A stretch of DNA of 64,000 nucleotides from Chrysomallon squamiferum (taxonomy: Eukaryota; Animalia; Mollusca): positions 15,500,001-15,564,000 of the forward strand of contig CM022674.1 of NCBI GenBank assembly GCA_012295275.1. Reading direction: 5' to 3'. A program made the translations under genes and the position numbers. Shown piece after piece: positions 13,001-30,698 of the stretch. Numbering within the stretch: the stretch's first letter is position 1; every line of letters begins with the position of its first letter. The notes below the pieces were generated by a model. It was not told the origin of the DNA. It was given only the letters and a program-made list of their open reading frames with translations, and did no database searches.

Positions 13001-13151
13001 TGTCCTGTACAGGAAGATCATCTTGGTAACACCACCCACTTGTTTGTTTCCCACCTTGAACATGCCCGTTTCCTTCGTGGGTTGTTTTCTGGGCTATTTT
13101 ATCTCGATATTCGTCCAAGGCATCAGTATCAAGTTCATCTAAATGAAACAT
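6604..13151 (-). CDS. PARP12/ZAP-like mono-ADP-ribosyltransferase copy C (RGG repeat, CCCH fingers, 2 x WWE, PARP); 2-bp frameshift in the repeat; 3' end lost in the gap
   Basis: Exons 13151-10394, 9888-9661, 8939-8746, 8563-8318 and 7047-6604, all GT-AG with compatible phases (0,0,2,2). WWE motifs LPYQWQ, WCWYFD..WLPYEP and YEINFSEMTQTN..RRPAFVS; PARP motifs FLFHGT, YGKGAYFARDAKYS and YDSCVD..FVIFD. Frameshift at about 12530 links ORF 12528..13151 to ORF 10385..12928. Confidence 0.85.
7440..7800. repeat. Degenerate ~43-bp minisatellite in the last intron of copy C
   Basis: Recurring gattatttatttaatgagaacatactgattaaat motif; absent from the equivalent intron of copy D. Confidence 0.7.
8033..8190. 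repeat. Compound (TAA)n(TGA)n(GAA)n microsatellite
   Basis: Seen directly; source of the spurious poly-L/poly-Y ORFs. Confidence 0.95.
11868..12865 (-). repeat. Coding 30-bp minisatellite (about 33 units) encoding RGERGGFSRD / RGERDGFGRG
   Basis: Plus-strand unit cctctgtctctactaaaaccacccctttct. One unit is 6 bp short near 12295 and one is 2 bp short near 12530. Confidence 0.97.
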
Positions 13152-13500
13152 ACTTTTGAAATAATATTTAACAGTGAATCAGTGATTTCTCTTAAATCTT
13201 CATCAGCTGTGCTATTTTCATCATTAAATATAACATTAACTTTTTGTTTTTTTGCTCAGTTTGAGTGCTTTTTATAAAATTCTGTGTCAAACATTCCATT
13301 TTTCTTGTACGTTTAAATCACTGCAAATAAAAAAAAATAAAAAATGAAACAATAATAAACAATTAGAAACATAAAAGAGACAATTTATATTTGAAAATTA
13401 ATAAGTATAAAATATTTCCCTCATTCATAAAAAATAGTAATACTAGTAGTACTAGTAATAATAATAATAAAAATAAATAATAATGATGATGATGATGATG

Positions 13501-13556
<56 letters not shown>

Positions 13557-13944
13557 AATAAATAAATGAATAAATAAATATTAGAGAGGGTATAACATTG
13601 TTCAGGGATTTACATACGCGGTTATTCCCAGGCGTAGAATGGTGGTCTTAGTTTTAAACCTTGCACAATACTAAAAGTGTCACGTTCTTATTGTTCATCG
13701 TTGCATGGATTTAAAACCTGTACTCCCAGGTCAACGTAACACGTAATCCGGCCATGGCATTTGCGCCTTGCACGGGAACACGAAACAACTGTAAATCATT
13801 CGTTAGATTTATTTATTTATTTATTTAGAGATGATACCATATAGTAAATAAGTGTACAGTTGAAAAATACACGCGGCGCGTTAATAATGTCAGAGATACA
13901 TGCAGTATATCAGCCTAGTTTAAAATACTGTAACAGATTTCTGT

Positions 13945-16000
13945 AATAATGACAATGACTTTATTCACATAAACTGTAGGATTACAGCACAGAGAAGAAT
14001 GTATTACAGCTACATAATAACAAAATTAAAATGCACATGCGTGAAAGTTTAACGTTTAACGCGGAGGACAAACATTGTCATATATAGTTGTTATTAATAA
14101 ACATAGCTTTTTCAATACAAATATATTTTACTGTTAAACAAATTATTATATGAAAATACATTTAGATGTCTCATATATTTAACTGGTATATTTTCTCGCA
14201 TTTAATAAAATAGGATCATAACAGTCAAATATATAATGATATTCATCACCAATTTAGTTAAGATTACAGATATGACATATTCTGTTTTCTCTTAGAATAC
14301 TGCACCGTGGTCCAGTTTCAATAGGAAGTTTAGATTTCGCGGTTCTAAATTTACATAAGACATTAGCCTTGTTTTGAGTCAGCAAAGTAAAATAGTTTTG
14401 TAATTTCAAATTTTTAATTTTTTATAATTAATACACTTTGGAGACGTTTCAGTTTGATTTTTCCATATTTGTAGATACTGATAATGTAATATTTTGGATA
14501 CCATTTAACATTATTTAAGTTGAGATATGTCCATGTATATGTTAAACCACAATCATCTAAAACATTTTTTACAAATGTGTCCAAGGAGAATGGATAGCAT
14601 GCATTAAATAATATAGCTGTGACGAAGTCTTGTTTTGCGTTTTGTAAATTAGGTTCCCCCAAAAGATTATCATTCTTACTTTTATAGAAATAAAAAGGTG
14701 ACACCGTCCTAGATCATCATAGATCATAAAACCAGGGGTACATTTATTAACATTTAGTAAATACTTACAAAGTTTCATTTGGAATCTTTCTATTAGTTGT
14801 ATATTTGTAAAACTCCACACTTCACAACCATACAATAAAATTAGCTCTATTAGTTTGTGAAATAAATCAAGTATACATTCCACGGAGAGATTATTCTGAC
14901 GACGTTTAGCTATTAGGCTATATATGGCTTTCACTGCTTTGTTATAGAGTTGTTTTACATTGTAAGTGAACTGGCCGTTTCTTGTAAAATGCATATAGTT
15001 ATATTTATAGTTATCTGCTGTATCAATAAATCTCTCCATCAAATTTAAATATATAATCACTAGTTTTTTCTCCTTTTACTGAAAATCATTATTTTAGTTC
15101 TATTTATATTAACTTTAAATCTCCATAGTCGGCGGTAATTAGGAAAAATGTTAAGATTATGTTGCAGAGCATTCGGTGATTCTGCTAACAGTATTGTATC
15201 GTCAGCATACAGTAGAATACAATGCTTTAAATAAATATTAAATTCTTCAGTTATAAGAAATTCCTCTAAGTCATTTAGAAAAACAGAACATAAAAATTGG
15301 CGACAGATTTTCTCAGGACCCTATCAAACGCTTTCTCAAAATCTATAAAAGCACAATTTGTTCATTAAAATAATTATCGAGTATAAAGAAAATATATGGT
15401 CTGTCGTTTAATCATTTTTATGAAATCTAGCTTGATTTTCTAATTTCATGTTTGTTTCGTCTGTATACTTATTTAATCTAGAATTAAGTACAGATGTAAG
15501 TAATTTACCTAAACAACAGCTTAATAATGTAATAGGTCTATAATTTTCAGTGTCATTTCGAGCATCTTTATTTTTATATATTGGTTTGATGAGTCCCACT
15601 AACTAGACGGACGGTATAACTGCTGTATCAAGAATAACATTAAACAATAGCACATATAAAGGTAACATAATTTTAGCAGTATGCTTTATATATTCATCGA
15701 TAATAAAGTCTTCTCCAGATGATCGATTACAATGGAGTCTGTCCGCTGCGGTAGATATTTTCTCGGCTGAAATAGGCTTGTTCAAAATATCATTAGTGGT
15801 TTACTGACTTTGAGTGTGTAACTCTTCTATTGGTGTTACATGATCAGGCAAAGATTCATCAACATTGCTATTAAGAGTTTCGAAAAAATGAAATAAAGAA
15901 TCTACTGACACATCTACTTTTGTCCGGCTCTGCTTATTGTTGTTCGGAATTGACCAGTACTCTTTAGGATTTGAAGTTTTTAGTATCTTCATTTTTTTGT
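13945..16000 (-). mobile_element. Degraded non-LTR retrotransposon (LINE) ORF2 reverse-transcriptase fragment, probably CR1/L2-like
   Basis: Minus-strand pieces PIYKNK...NYRPITLLSCCLGKLLTSVLNSRL, LLYADDTILLAESPNALQ and LLYGCEVW; many stops and deletions; 3' end AATAAA followed by (gtcatt) repeats at about 13945-13965. Confidence 0.85.
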
Positions 16001-16312
16001 TTATTAGATATTCTATATTACCTAACAGCTCAGTTTAGCGTTTGTTTATACTGATTCTCATTATTATCATTATATTTTTTTTTTTTTTTTTATTATTATT
16101 ATTATTTTTTTTTGCTATCTTCCGTTGCAGGCATTTAATATGATAATCTCTGTCTTAATCATACGTATATATATATATATATTATCATTATGGAAGACAC
16201 GAAGTTACCGTAGTAACAGAATTATTTATTTAGTTCAGTTATAGCTGTTGTTATTGTTGCTGTTGTTGTTGTTATTACTGTTGTTATTGTTGTTGCTATA
16301 GTTCGTTTTCCT

Positions 16313-16575
16313 GTCTGAAATACTGATATAATGACGTAAGAATGATAAGGAAGAAACAGTGCTGTTATCAGTTATCAGTGAAACAAAAGTAGGTAAGATA
16401 TGTAGACAAACGGCATACTATATTTATTATGCATTGTGTCCGTGGCTTAGCTTTTGCTCCAAATATTAAATAAATAAAACTAGGTTCTGGCAGTAGCTCT
16501 CAGCTGAATAAAGTAATCTGCTGGTTCTCCGAACAAAATATCCAGTAAGGCATCACTAATGAATGAATAGTAAAA
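16313..16575 (+). promoter_or_regulatory. Conserved ~250-bp cassette upstream of the PARP copies (CRE-like TGACGTAA; AG|GTAAG donor-like site facing away from PARP)
   Basis: Copies at about 26768-27010, 31390-31515 (partial), 37620-37825, 61025-61270 and reverse-complemented at 3985-4025 (partial). Function is inferred. Confidence 0.5.
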
Positions 16576-16969
16576 AAAAAAAAAAAAAAAAAAATAAATA
16601 AATATCTGAAATGATTTGAGTATCTTTTAAACAGCACATTATATCCTTACTATTATGATTTTTGTTGCTGCTGCTGTTGTTGTTGTTGTTGTTGTTATTA
16701 TTATTATTATTATTTCAGGAAGTAAAAGTTAAAATAAAATCAGGACTATACGTTACTCAGTTATGTGACTGGCAGTCACCTTTTATAATAATAATAATAA
16801 CAACAACAACAACCATAACAACAGTGACAATAACAATAATTAAGATCGAATAATATGTCTGACATTTCATTAATTTTAGAATATTGTAATGTCGTTTAGA
16901 TTTCTTTCTTTCTCCTTTCTTTCATCCACAACAAAGAATATTTCTGACATATTCTTATTAAATTAATCG

Positions 16970-18608
16970 CACTGGGGAATAACTTTAAGCAGGCGGTTTC
17001 GATCTCTGAAACTTTGGTTCGTTTTACGAACCCACGGCGTTGAAGGGCTTCGGCATTGTCTAAGGGAGGTAAGTCTCGCAGTCATGTTCGGTAAAATAGC
17101 AAACTTCTCGTTCTTGATGAAACGAATCGAGATTATAATTGTTAGTAGCAAGAACATTAAGAAATAATAATGAAGATGATGAAAATAATAAGATAAATTA
17201 TGATTTATTCAAGAAATTACCTTTTAAATGGTATAAATTATATTAAATTTGTCTTTAAATTTATAATACAGTCAGAACAGAGTTTAGTAAAATAATCCAT
17301 ATCGCTTGGATGTTTTTCCTGTCTAAATTTGTTGTTGTTGTATTGTTTCCTTTTAAAATTATGTGGTACTATATCAAATGGGAAACGTAGGCTTCACTTC
17401 AATAACAAATGTATTACGTAATTATTGGTGAATACATATGATTTATATTTTAATATGTACAAGTAAATGTCGTATATTATGTACTTACAAGTAACACAAG
17501 GTAGTTTCAGTTATTTGCATTTATTTATTTGTATTTTTATCTGTATTATTTTTTGTGACGACTTCTTTAAAATACCAGGACATTCCGGTAAAAGACCACA
17601 TTGACCATCGTCACAGTATCAATAATAATCACAAGAGATCCATGTTTGGCTGACAGGCTAAGTTCATCCATACCTGCCCCCCCCAAAAAAAAAAACAAAA
17701 CCCATATTATTGTATATGAACCAGTTATCATGGCTATATGATTTTTTCATTTCATTATTATCAGTATTGTTTATTTCCGTCTTAAGGACAGGATTAAATT
17801 ATAATTTATATTCACTAGCTTGATATATTTATTTATTCATCTATTATTTTAAAGAAAAATATCATATGTAATAATAACAAAAGCATTAATGAAAGAGTTA
17901 GGATAGTAAATAAATAAATAAATACAAATTAATAATGAGTAAAGGAAATATAAACATAAACAAAATAATAATAATGAAAAAAGAATAAAGAAAAAAAAGA
18001 AATATATATAAAGTATTGAAAATAATAAATAAATAAATGAACAGTACCAGAACAGTAAGGGAAATAAATGAATAAAATTGAAAAATGACGAAAGCAAATA
18101 TAATCTGAAAATAAATACATATATATAAATTATTTAGAAGAATCTGCAATTGCCCAAAATAACATTTCTCTTCAACGGTCCAACTCTCTAACTCAGAAGC
18201 TATTGCGCATGATCAATGATTCTGGGAGGCCATACATGGTACCAGCTTTAATCAACGAACACTTCGTTATTCAATTCGCCATATGCGCGGAAAGAGCCTA
18301 AGACGAAAATATCACCTATGCTTGGGACGTCATAGTGGAGATGACGTCAGAGCTATTTTTACACCGACCCGACAGCAACCGACAAGCTGAGAAGAAAGTT
18401 CTTGTAGAGAGTTTGAGTGATTCTGAAGACTAGGTTTTCCTTGAGTTCCATAATGAGATGATATTCGAAATCAGAGATGCAATCTACAAAGAGCACGGCT
18501 GCGGAGAAATCTGTTTTTGAAGATGGTCTCCGATCCCAAATCGTATCAGCACCAGGTGTTCAAATCTCTCGATATTGATAACATGAGGATCAGAAGTCAG
18601 TGAGTAGG
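16970..18608 (+). pseudogene. Tdc-like 3' fragment psi2
   Basis: Exon 16970-17068 encodes [33 protein letters not shown]|gtaagt. The middle exon is mostly deleted (remnant about 17771-17786). The last exon (about 18176-18608) reads GPTL..LLRMINDSGRPYMVPALINEHFVIQFAICAERA* with stops and KMVSDPKSY. Confidence 0.88.
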
Positions 18609-19242
18609 TAAGCGTAGAGTTAGGGTAGAATTAAGTAGAATTAAGATGGAAAATATAGATTTCAGATAGAAACTTATTTTGTTATTTTACTATCTGAACG
18701 TTGTTATTTTATTCGATTTACTTATTGTAATGTTTATTATTAAAAATAAAGAACTATTTAATGTCTCGATCAGGAAAAAAAAATCCAAATGTATTAAAAA
18801 CGTTTTAGTATAATCTTAATGTTCATGAGAAAGACTTAAAGTGACTAAACTGTTAATTAGCAGCAAGAGTGTTTTATGTGCACCTTTCCATAGACAGGAC
18901 ATCACATACCACATCCTTTTATAAACACACTGTTTACTATTAATGCAGTGATCCGGTGAAACCGAAGTGAAGCTTACCTCACTTTTATGGTTCATTTATT
19001 AAAATATTATTTTCTATAAGTATGGAAAATGCACAAAACTAAAATGTTAACGTCACGAAATAGTTCAAGTGTGGTGTAATAAACTACTGTTAAAAAAAAA
19101 GGAAAAGAAAACAATTTGGTAAATTTTATTTATTGTTTATGAGTAATCAAGAAAATACGACATAAAAAAATCATTTATTTATTTATTTATTTATTACTGC
19201 AGTCATTAATATTACCGGTGGTTGTAAGATGACTTTGTCTTT

Positions 19243-19321
<79 letters not shown>

Positions 19322-19488
19322 TAATAATAAGTATACTACTACTTCTATTACTAACAGCAACAACAAAAACAACGACGACGACAAAAATAATAAGAAGAAG
19401 AATAGTCAGTGAATGTAAATTTATCAACAGTCCTGTTCCCTATAAGATAAATGTTTGAGAGAAAAAAAGAGGGTTCTCAGTTATCAGT

Positions 19489-19540
<52 letters not shown>

Positions 19541-19659
19541 CGAAGAAGATAAATAATGCAAAGGGTACTCTAAGAAGGATTGAACCTAGAGCCTCTTACT
19601 GCTTTTGATACCATGCATCAAGTTATCTGACATCTATAATATAATTCTACATATCAGTA

Positions 19660-20230
19660 CACCCCTATTAAAAATAACTATACATGATCCATTCAACTTC
19701 TATAATTATACAGTATCCTCATACTATAATGCTACGTAATGAATGCACCTTAAAATGTAATCCAAAACTACCCATATACCCCTATAGCACAATTTTGTAT
19801 ACACCGTATGTGACTCATTCCGAAATGTATTTTAGCTGATCTGTGCATCGTTATATTATTATTTGAGCATTCGCCTGAGATCTTCATCCCTGTAATATAA
19901 TCATTTGTGTATTCCGCTTACCCGTACACTCTGTGATGTTATCCTTTTGTATCCCACTTACCCATACACCACTGTATATCCAATTTATGCATACACTACT
20001 GTAATGTACTCCTTACTATATCCTACTGACCTATGCACCATGTAATATAATTATTTGTGTATCCTACTGACCCATACAGTCTTGTAATACACTTATGTAT
20101 GTGTCCAACTATATCATAACCTGTTTAGTATAATCCTTTGTTTATGTATCCTACTGACCCACACACTCTCGCAATGTAATCCTTTTCTTAAACTACAGAC
20201 CCACCATGCCTCTGTAATTTACGCTATAGA
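19660..20230. repeat. Degenerate ~41-bp minisatellite downstream of copy D (shorter homologue at about 2050-2190 downstream of copy A)
   Basis: Recurring tcctactgacccatacac...tgtaatataatcctttg; its reverse complement appears about 3 times near 2100-2190. Confidence 0.65.
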
Positions 20231-20778
20231 CCTATACTGCCCTGTAATATAAACCTCAGTCTACAGTAAAGTGAGGGGTTAGCTCATCTACTTGTGAGCA
20301 TAAATTGAAATGTCCCATGCAGTGCACTGAAGCTACAAGCTACACATTGTCCACTTGTTATCATAGAAATTAACATTAAAATTATTCATTATCTTTCGTA
20401 AAACATATGCTAAAATATGCATTTTTTCAGTAACAAGTACCTATAGTATAGTATATTATAGTATTTATTTATGGGTTGTAAGTCACGATATACATAATTT
20501 ATCATGGGGCTCCTATGTCAGTGTGACCGCTGGGCAAATTTCCACTGTACATGTGTGTTAAGATAGCTCTGTCCTAGAGAACAAAGTATTAATAAACGTT
20601 TACACTGCATAAAAAGAAAAGAAATGAAAAATAGGATTAATTAAAAAGAAAATTAAAGTATCAAACAGCGATTTAAAACAACAACAAAAAACCACAACAA
20701 AAACAACAACAACAAAAAATAAAATAAAAAATAAAATAAAATAAACAGTCTTGAGAGATATAAATGTGTTTGAAAATG

Positions 20779-25354
<4,576 letters not shown>

Positions 25355-25931
25355 ATCTGTTTCTTGTGTTGCTTTATTAGAATCACCTATTTTTCCTCTA
25401 CCTCTACATAAACCATCATTTTCTCTACACCTAGCAGCTTGACATTCCCTGCTTTTTGTATATTCGAATGTTTTCAAAATGTTCTCTTCATCTGCTTCTT
25501 TGGATGTTGTAGAAAATAGTGTAGTCTGTGACACTGAACGTCCTTCTAAATATCTACGCACTTTGTCAGGTTCTGGAAAATCATTTTTGTAACGTCATCA
25601 ACTTGTTTCGAAGGCATTAGTATCATCAAATACATCAAAATAAAACATAGTTCTGAAATAATATTTAACATTCAATCAGTACTTTCTCTGAAACCTTCAC
25701 CAGCTGTGGCATTTTCATCATTAAATATAAATATGGTTCGTTTTCAAAAAAATACCTTTAACAGTGAATTATAAAAACTTAGGTCAGTTTGAGTTCAATT
25801 TGTAAAATTCTATCTGCTAAGCATTACAGCTGTTTCTTCTACATGATTAAATCCACTGAAAATAAAATTATGAATATAAAATATACAATCGATATTTAAA
25901 AATTAATAAGATTCCTTGTGCTTAAAAAAGA

Positions 25932-25970
<39 letters not shown>

Positions 25971-26554
25971 GAAAGAAAGAAAAAATAATAATAAAGAAAA
26001 AATAAATAAATAAAGTGTGTATAAATAACTAAAGAAAAAATACAATAATAGCTCAGACGTGCGATAGCAGTCCTACTTATTAGAGTTTACAGAATACTGC
26101 ACATGTTACGTTCTTATTGTTTATCTTTACATGGACTTCGGACCTGTACTGCCAGGTCAACCTAACACGATAACGATAGTAGTACTCATGTCTCCTGTAC
26201 TCTATCAATATTGATACCAAAGTGTCTTTTTTAGCTGTTTCATTTCTTTTCCGTTACTTTCTGAAGATTTTATATATATATAAGATGAAAAATAATAAGC
26301 ACAACAATATAATCATTCTAAACAGCATTAAGTTTCACATAAATGTAGGCAGATTTCACCATGCCCCTGCTGAGATCGATATGCGGCCAGATCCTTCAGG
26401 TAGAGAGGAGTTAAACAACAACAACAACAACAGTAATAATAATATATGAGATTTCAGATTATTCTTACCATGATTTTATCGTGTGATATGATCAGTCCGC
26501 ATAATAAACACATAAATGTCCTGACGTACTTATATCTTCAGAAAATCAGTTCAC

Positions 26555-26685
26555 CTGATCTGTTAGAAGTTTCTACTTATATTTGTTGTTGACAACCATT
26601 CTTTGTTTTTGCAACGCATTCTTCCGGTGTCTGCGCGTTCGGTTCCAAATCATGACAAACGGGTCCGAACTTCCGGCCATGGCAG

Positions 26686-26690
<5 letters not shown>
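26555..26690 (-). promoter_or_regulatory. Putative promoter / non-coding first exon of copy D
   Basis: Relatively CpG-rich; ETS-like CCGGAAG(T) twice; ends gatcag|gtgaac; candidate downstream acceptor tttattttcag| at about 25856; abuts (CA)n at 26686-26762. Confidence 0.5.
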
Positions 26691-26768
<78 letters not shown>

Positions 26769-27031
26769 CTGAAATTCTGATATAATGACGTAAGGAAGAC
26801 ATTGAAGAAACAGGCCTGTTATCAGTTGAACAAAAGAAGGTCAGATATGTAGGCACACGGCATGCTATTTTTATTACTCATTATGTCCGTGGCTTAGCTT
26901 TTGCTCCAGATTTAAATTAAATCAATAAATATAGGTCCTCGCAGCTGAATTAAATTGTTTGCTGTTTCTCCAAACACAATATCAGTACGCATCACTAATG
27001 AATGAACAGTAAAACAATCTATCTATCTATA

Positions 27032-27064
<33 letters not shown>

Positions 27065-27141
27065 TTCTATATATCTGTATGTCTCTCTGTCTCTCTGTCT
27101 GTCTCTCTCTCTATCTATATATAGATGTATAAGTAATGACG

Positions 27142-27205
<64 letters not shown>

Positions 27206-27452
27206 CAACAACGACAGCAACACTAATTAATAAATAATATGCCTGACATTTAATTAATTTTAAAATGTTATGGAGTCGTGTGGATTTATTTATTTCTTCT
27301 TTGTTTCATCCACTCTTGTTATTCGTTCATTGTTTATATGAACATAGTACCTGATCTTTTCAGGGCACTAAGGTCAATAGAACAATAAAACAATCAGCAT
27401 TTCTGAAATATTCTTGCTAAATTAATTAATTAATAATTTGATCATTTGCGAG

Positions 27453-28499
27453 CACTGGGAAATACCTTAGCAGGCGGTTTCGATTTTTGAAACTTTGGTT
27501 CGTTTTACGAATATACGGCGTTGAGGGGCTTCAGCGTCGTATGAGGGAGGTAAGTCTCACAGTCATATTTGGAGAAATAGCAAAGTTCTCGTTCTTAAAG
27601 GAAACAACGGAGTGTATCATTGTTAGTAACAATAGCATTAACAAATAATGGTGATGATGATAGAAATAGTAATAGCAATGATAACAAAAATTAAGTTATA
27701 AATCGGGTATATTATATTAGATTTGTCTTTTGATCTTAAATAAAACTATTTTAATAAACAGGTCATACCGCTTGCCTATTTTTTTTTCTTTATATTTTTC
27801 TCAACTTTATTGAATCTTCGATGTCAAAGGGCTTCAGCATCGTTTAAGGGAGGTAAGTCTCACAGTCAGATTTGATGAAAAAGCAAAGTTCTCGTTCTTG
27901 ATGAAACGAATAGCCTTTATAAATGTTAGTAACAAGAACATTAACAATAGTAATGATGATAATCATGATAAAAATAATAACAAAAATTATCATTAACAAA
28001 ACAAATTAACTTACAAATGGGGTAAATCATATCAAATTTGTCTTTAAATCTTTAGTAAAGCCTCAGATGAGTTTAAATAACATAATTCTTACCACTTGGC
28101 TATTTTTCCTTTTTGTACTTTTCATAAGTTTATTATTATAAATTATGTAGTACTATATAAAATGGGAAATGTAGGATCCATTTCAATAAGAGATCATAAA
28201 GTAATTATTGACAAATACATACGATTAATATTTAAATATGTACAAGTAAATGTGCTGTATATTATATAGTTACAAGTAACACAAGGTTGTTTTAGTTATT
28301 TGCTTTTATTTGTATGTATTGTTATCTGTGTTATTTTTTTGTGAAGTCTTCTTTAAAATATGAATTAAAGACCCACATTGATCATCTTCACAATATCAGT
28401 AATAATCACCAGAGTGTCCGTGTTTGGCTGAGAGTCTACGTTTACTCTGTGTAAATGACTTAACTGTCTATATGATTTTTTCATTTTATTATTATTATT

Positions 28500-28540
<41 letters not shown>

Positions 28541-29399
28541 TATTATTATTATTATTATTATTGTATGACACCGACAATGTGTTTTCTTTGAAAAAAATGA
28601 TTACCTTGTTAGCAATGGTTCTTTGCTTTCTTGAAACATGTATTTTCGCACGATTTTAATAAATATTTTAAAATTAATATTATTCAGCATGTTCGTCTGG
28701 CGAAGCTGTTTGAAAGTCTGGTAGAAAAAGATGATCGGTTTGAAATACTCAGAGAAGTTATGATGGGTCTCGTTTTGTTTCCTCCTTAAGGTCAGGATTA
28801 AATTATAATTAATGTTCGCTAGAATGAGATATTTATTTGTTTATTCATTTATTACCTGAAAGAAAATACAACATGTGTAATAATAATAAAAGCACTAATA
28901 AAATAATAATGGTAACAAATAAAAAAATAATAATAAATGATAATGAGGAAAAGAAATATAAGTCAGAAAAAAATATTTATAAATTATTTAAATTAATCTG
29001 CAATTAACCAAAATAATATTTCTTTTCAAGAGGCCCAACTCTTTAACTCAGAAGCTACTGCGCATGGTCAGAGATTCATGTACGCTATACATGGCACGAA
29101 CACTAATCAACGTACAGTTTGTTATTCGGTTCGCCATTTGCGCTGAAAGAGCCTGCGACAAAGATATCACCTATGCCTGGGACGTCATATTAGAGATGAC
29201 GTCAGAGCTATTGTTACACCAACGCGACAGCAACAGACAAGCTGAGAAGGAAGTTCTTGAAGAGAGTTTGAGTGATTCTGAAGACGAGGTTTTCCCCGAG
29301 TTCGATAATGAGATGACATTCGACAATCAGAGATGCAATCTACAAAGAGCACGGCTGCGGAGAAATCTGTTTTTGAAGATGGTCTCCGATCCCAAATCG
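27453..29399 (+). pseudogene. Tdc-like 3' fragment psi3 (three exons)
   Basis: Exons 27453-27549 ([29 protein letters not shown]), 28688-28790 (HVRLAKLFESLVEKDDRFEILREVMMGLV then +1 frameshift) and about 29031-29399, which breaks off at MVSDPKS. Confidence 0.88.
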
Positions 29400-30698
29400 G
29401 AATATGTAATTTTTAATTAACTATGTTCAAATAATTAATTATAGAAAACAATATTTAATAAATGAACCAAAAAAGTGAGGTAAGTTTCAGTTCTGTTTCG
29501 CTGGATGACTGCATTAATACTAATCAGTGTGTTTATAAAAGGTTGTGGTTTGTGCTTTTCTGTCTATGGAAAGGTGCACATAAAACTCTTACTGCTAATC
29601 AGAAGTTTAGTCACATTCAGTGTCTCTCACTAACTTTAAGATTATATTAAAACGCTGTTAACACTTATGGATTAAAATTTTTCTTTTCCTGAGCGAGACA
29701 TTAAACAGTTCCTTGTTTTTAAAGATACAAATTACAGTAAGTAAATAGAACAAATTAAAATAAAGGAAAATGAAAGGGTACAGATTAAAAAATAAAATAA
29801 GTTTCTGTCTGAAATCTATATTTTCCTTCTTTAATTTCAATACTTATAGTAAATAAATTCTACGCTTACCGAACAGCAGCCATTACTACAAAGGAATCCC
29901 TCTCACCTATTGACTGACTTCTGATCCTCATGTTATCAATATCGAGAGATTTGAACACCTGGTGCTGATACGATTTGGGATCGGAGACCATCTTCAAAAA
30001 CAGATTTCTCCGCAGTCGTGCTCTTTGTAGATTGCATCTCTGATTGTCGAATGTCATCTCATTATCGAACTCGGGGAAAACCTCGTCTTCAGAATCACTC
30101 AAACTCTCTTCAAGAACTTCCTTCTCAGCTTGTCTGTTGCTGTCGCGTTGGTGTAACAATAGCTCTGACGTCATCTCTAATATGACGTCCCAGGCATAGG
30201 TGATATCTTTGTCGCAGGCTCTTTCAGCGCAAATGGCGAACCGAATAACAAACTGTACGTTGATTAGTGTTCGTGCCATGTATAGCGTACATGAATCTCT
30301 GACCATGCGCAGTAGCTTCTGAGTTAAAGAGTTGGGCCTCTTGAAAAGAAATATTATTTTGGTTAATTGCAGATTATTTTAAATAATTTATAAATATTTT
30401 TTTCTGACTTATATTTCTTTTCCTCATTATCATTTATTATTATTTTTTGATTTGTTACCATTATTATTTTATTAGTGCTTTTATTATTATTACACATGTT
30501 GTATTTTCTTTCAGGTAATAAATGAATAAACAAATAAATATCTCATTCTAGCGAACATTAATTATAATTTAATCCTGACCTTAAGGAGGAAACAAAACGA
30601 GACCCATCATAACTTCTCTGAGTATTTCAAACCGATCATCTTTTTCTACCAGACTTTCAAACAGCTTCGCCAGACGAACATGCTGAATAATATTAATT
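28672..30698. repeat. Near-perfect inverted repeat: 728-bp arms 28672-29399 and 29971-30698 with a 571-bp spacer
   Basis: Arm ends pair exactly (both coordinate sums equal 59370). ORFs 29064(+) and 30306(-) have identical translations up to MVSDPKS. Only about 3 mismatches seen by eye. Confidence 0.95.
29866..30682 (-). pseudogene. Tdc-like 3' fragment psi3' (inverted copy, two exons)
   Basis: Exons 30682-30580 and about 30339-29870; ORF 29866..30306 includes RRNLFLKMVSDPKSY. Confidence 0.88.

Larger units (their letters stand above)
25560..29399. repeat. Segmental duplication of the upstream unit (PARP 5' region, promoter, Tdc fragment); second copy at about 36540-40200
   Basis: Collinear and highly similar throughout, including shared lesions: TGA-TGA, a ~310-bp internal duplication of the Tdc exon/intron, and the frameshift in the middle Tdc exon. 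Confidence 0.9.

Noticed and set aside
29064-30306. 118- and 146-aa ORFs as functional decarboxylase genes
   Set aside because: They cover only the C-terminal part with no PLP-binding lysine region; upstream exons are frameshifted; the conserved INESGKLHMVP is degraded to VRDSCTLYMAR.
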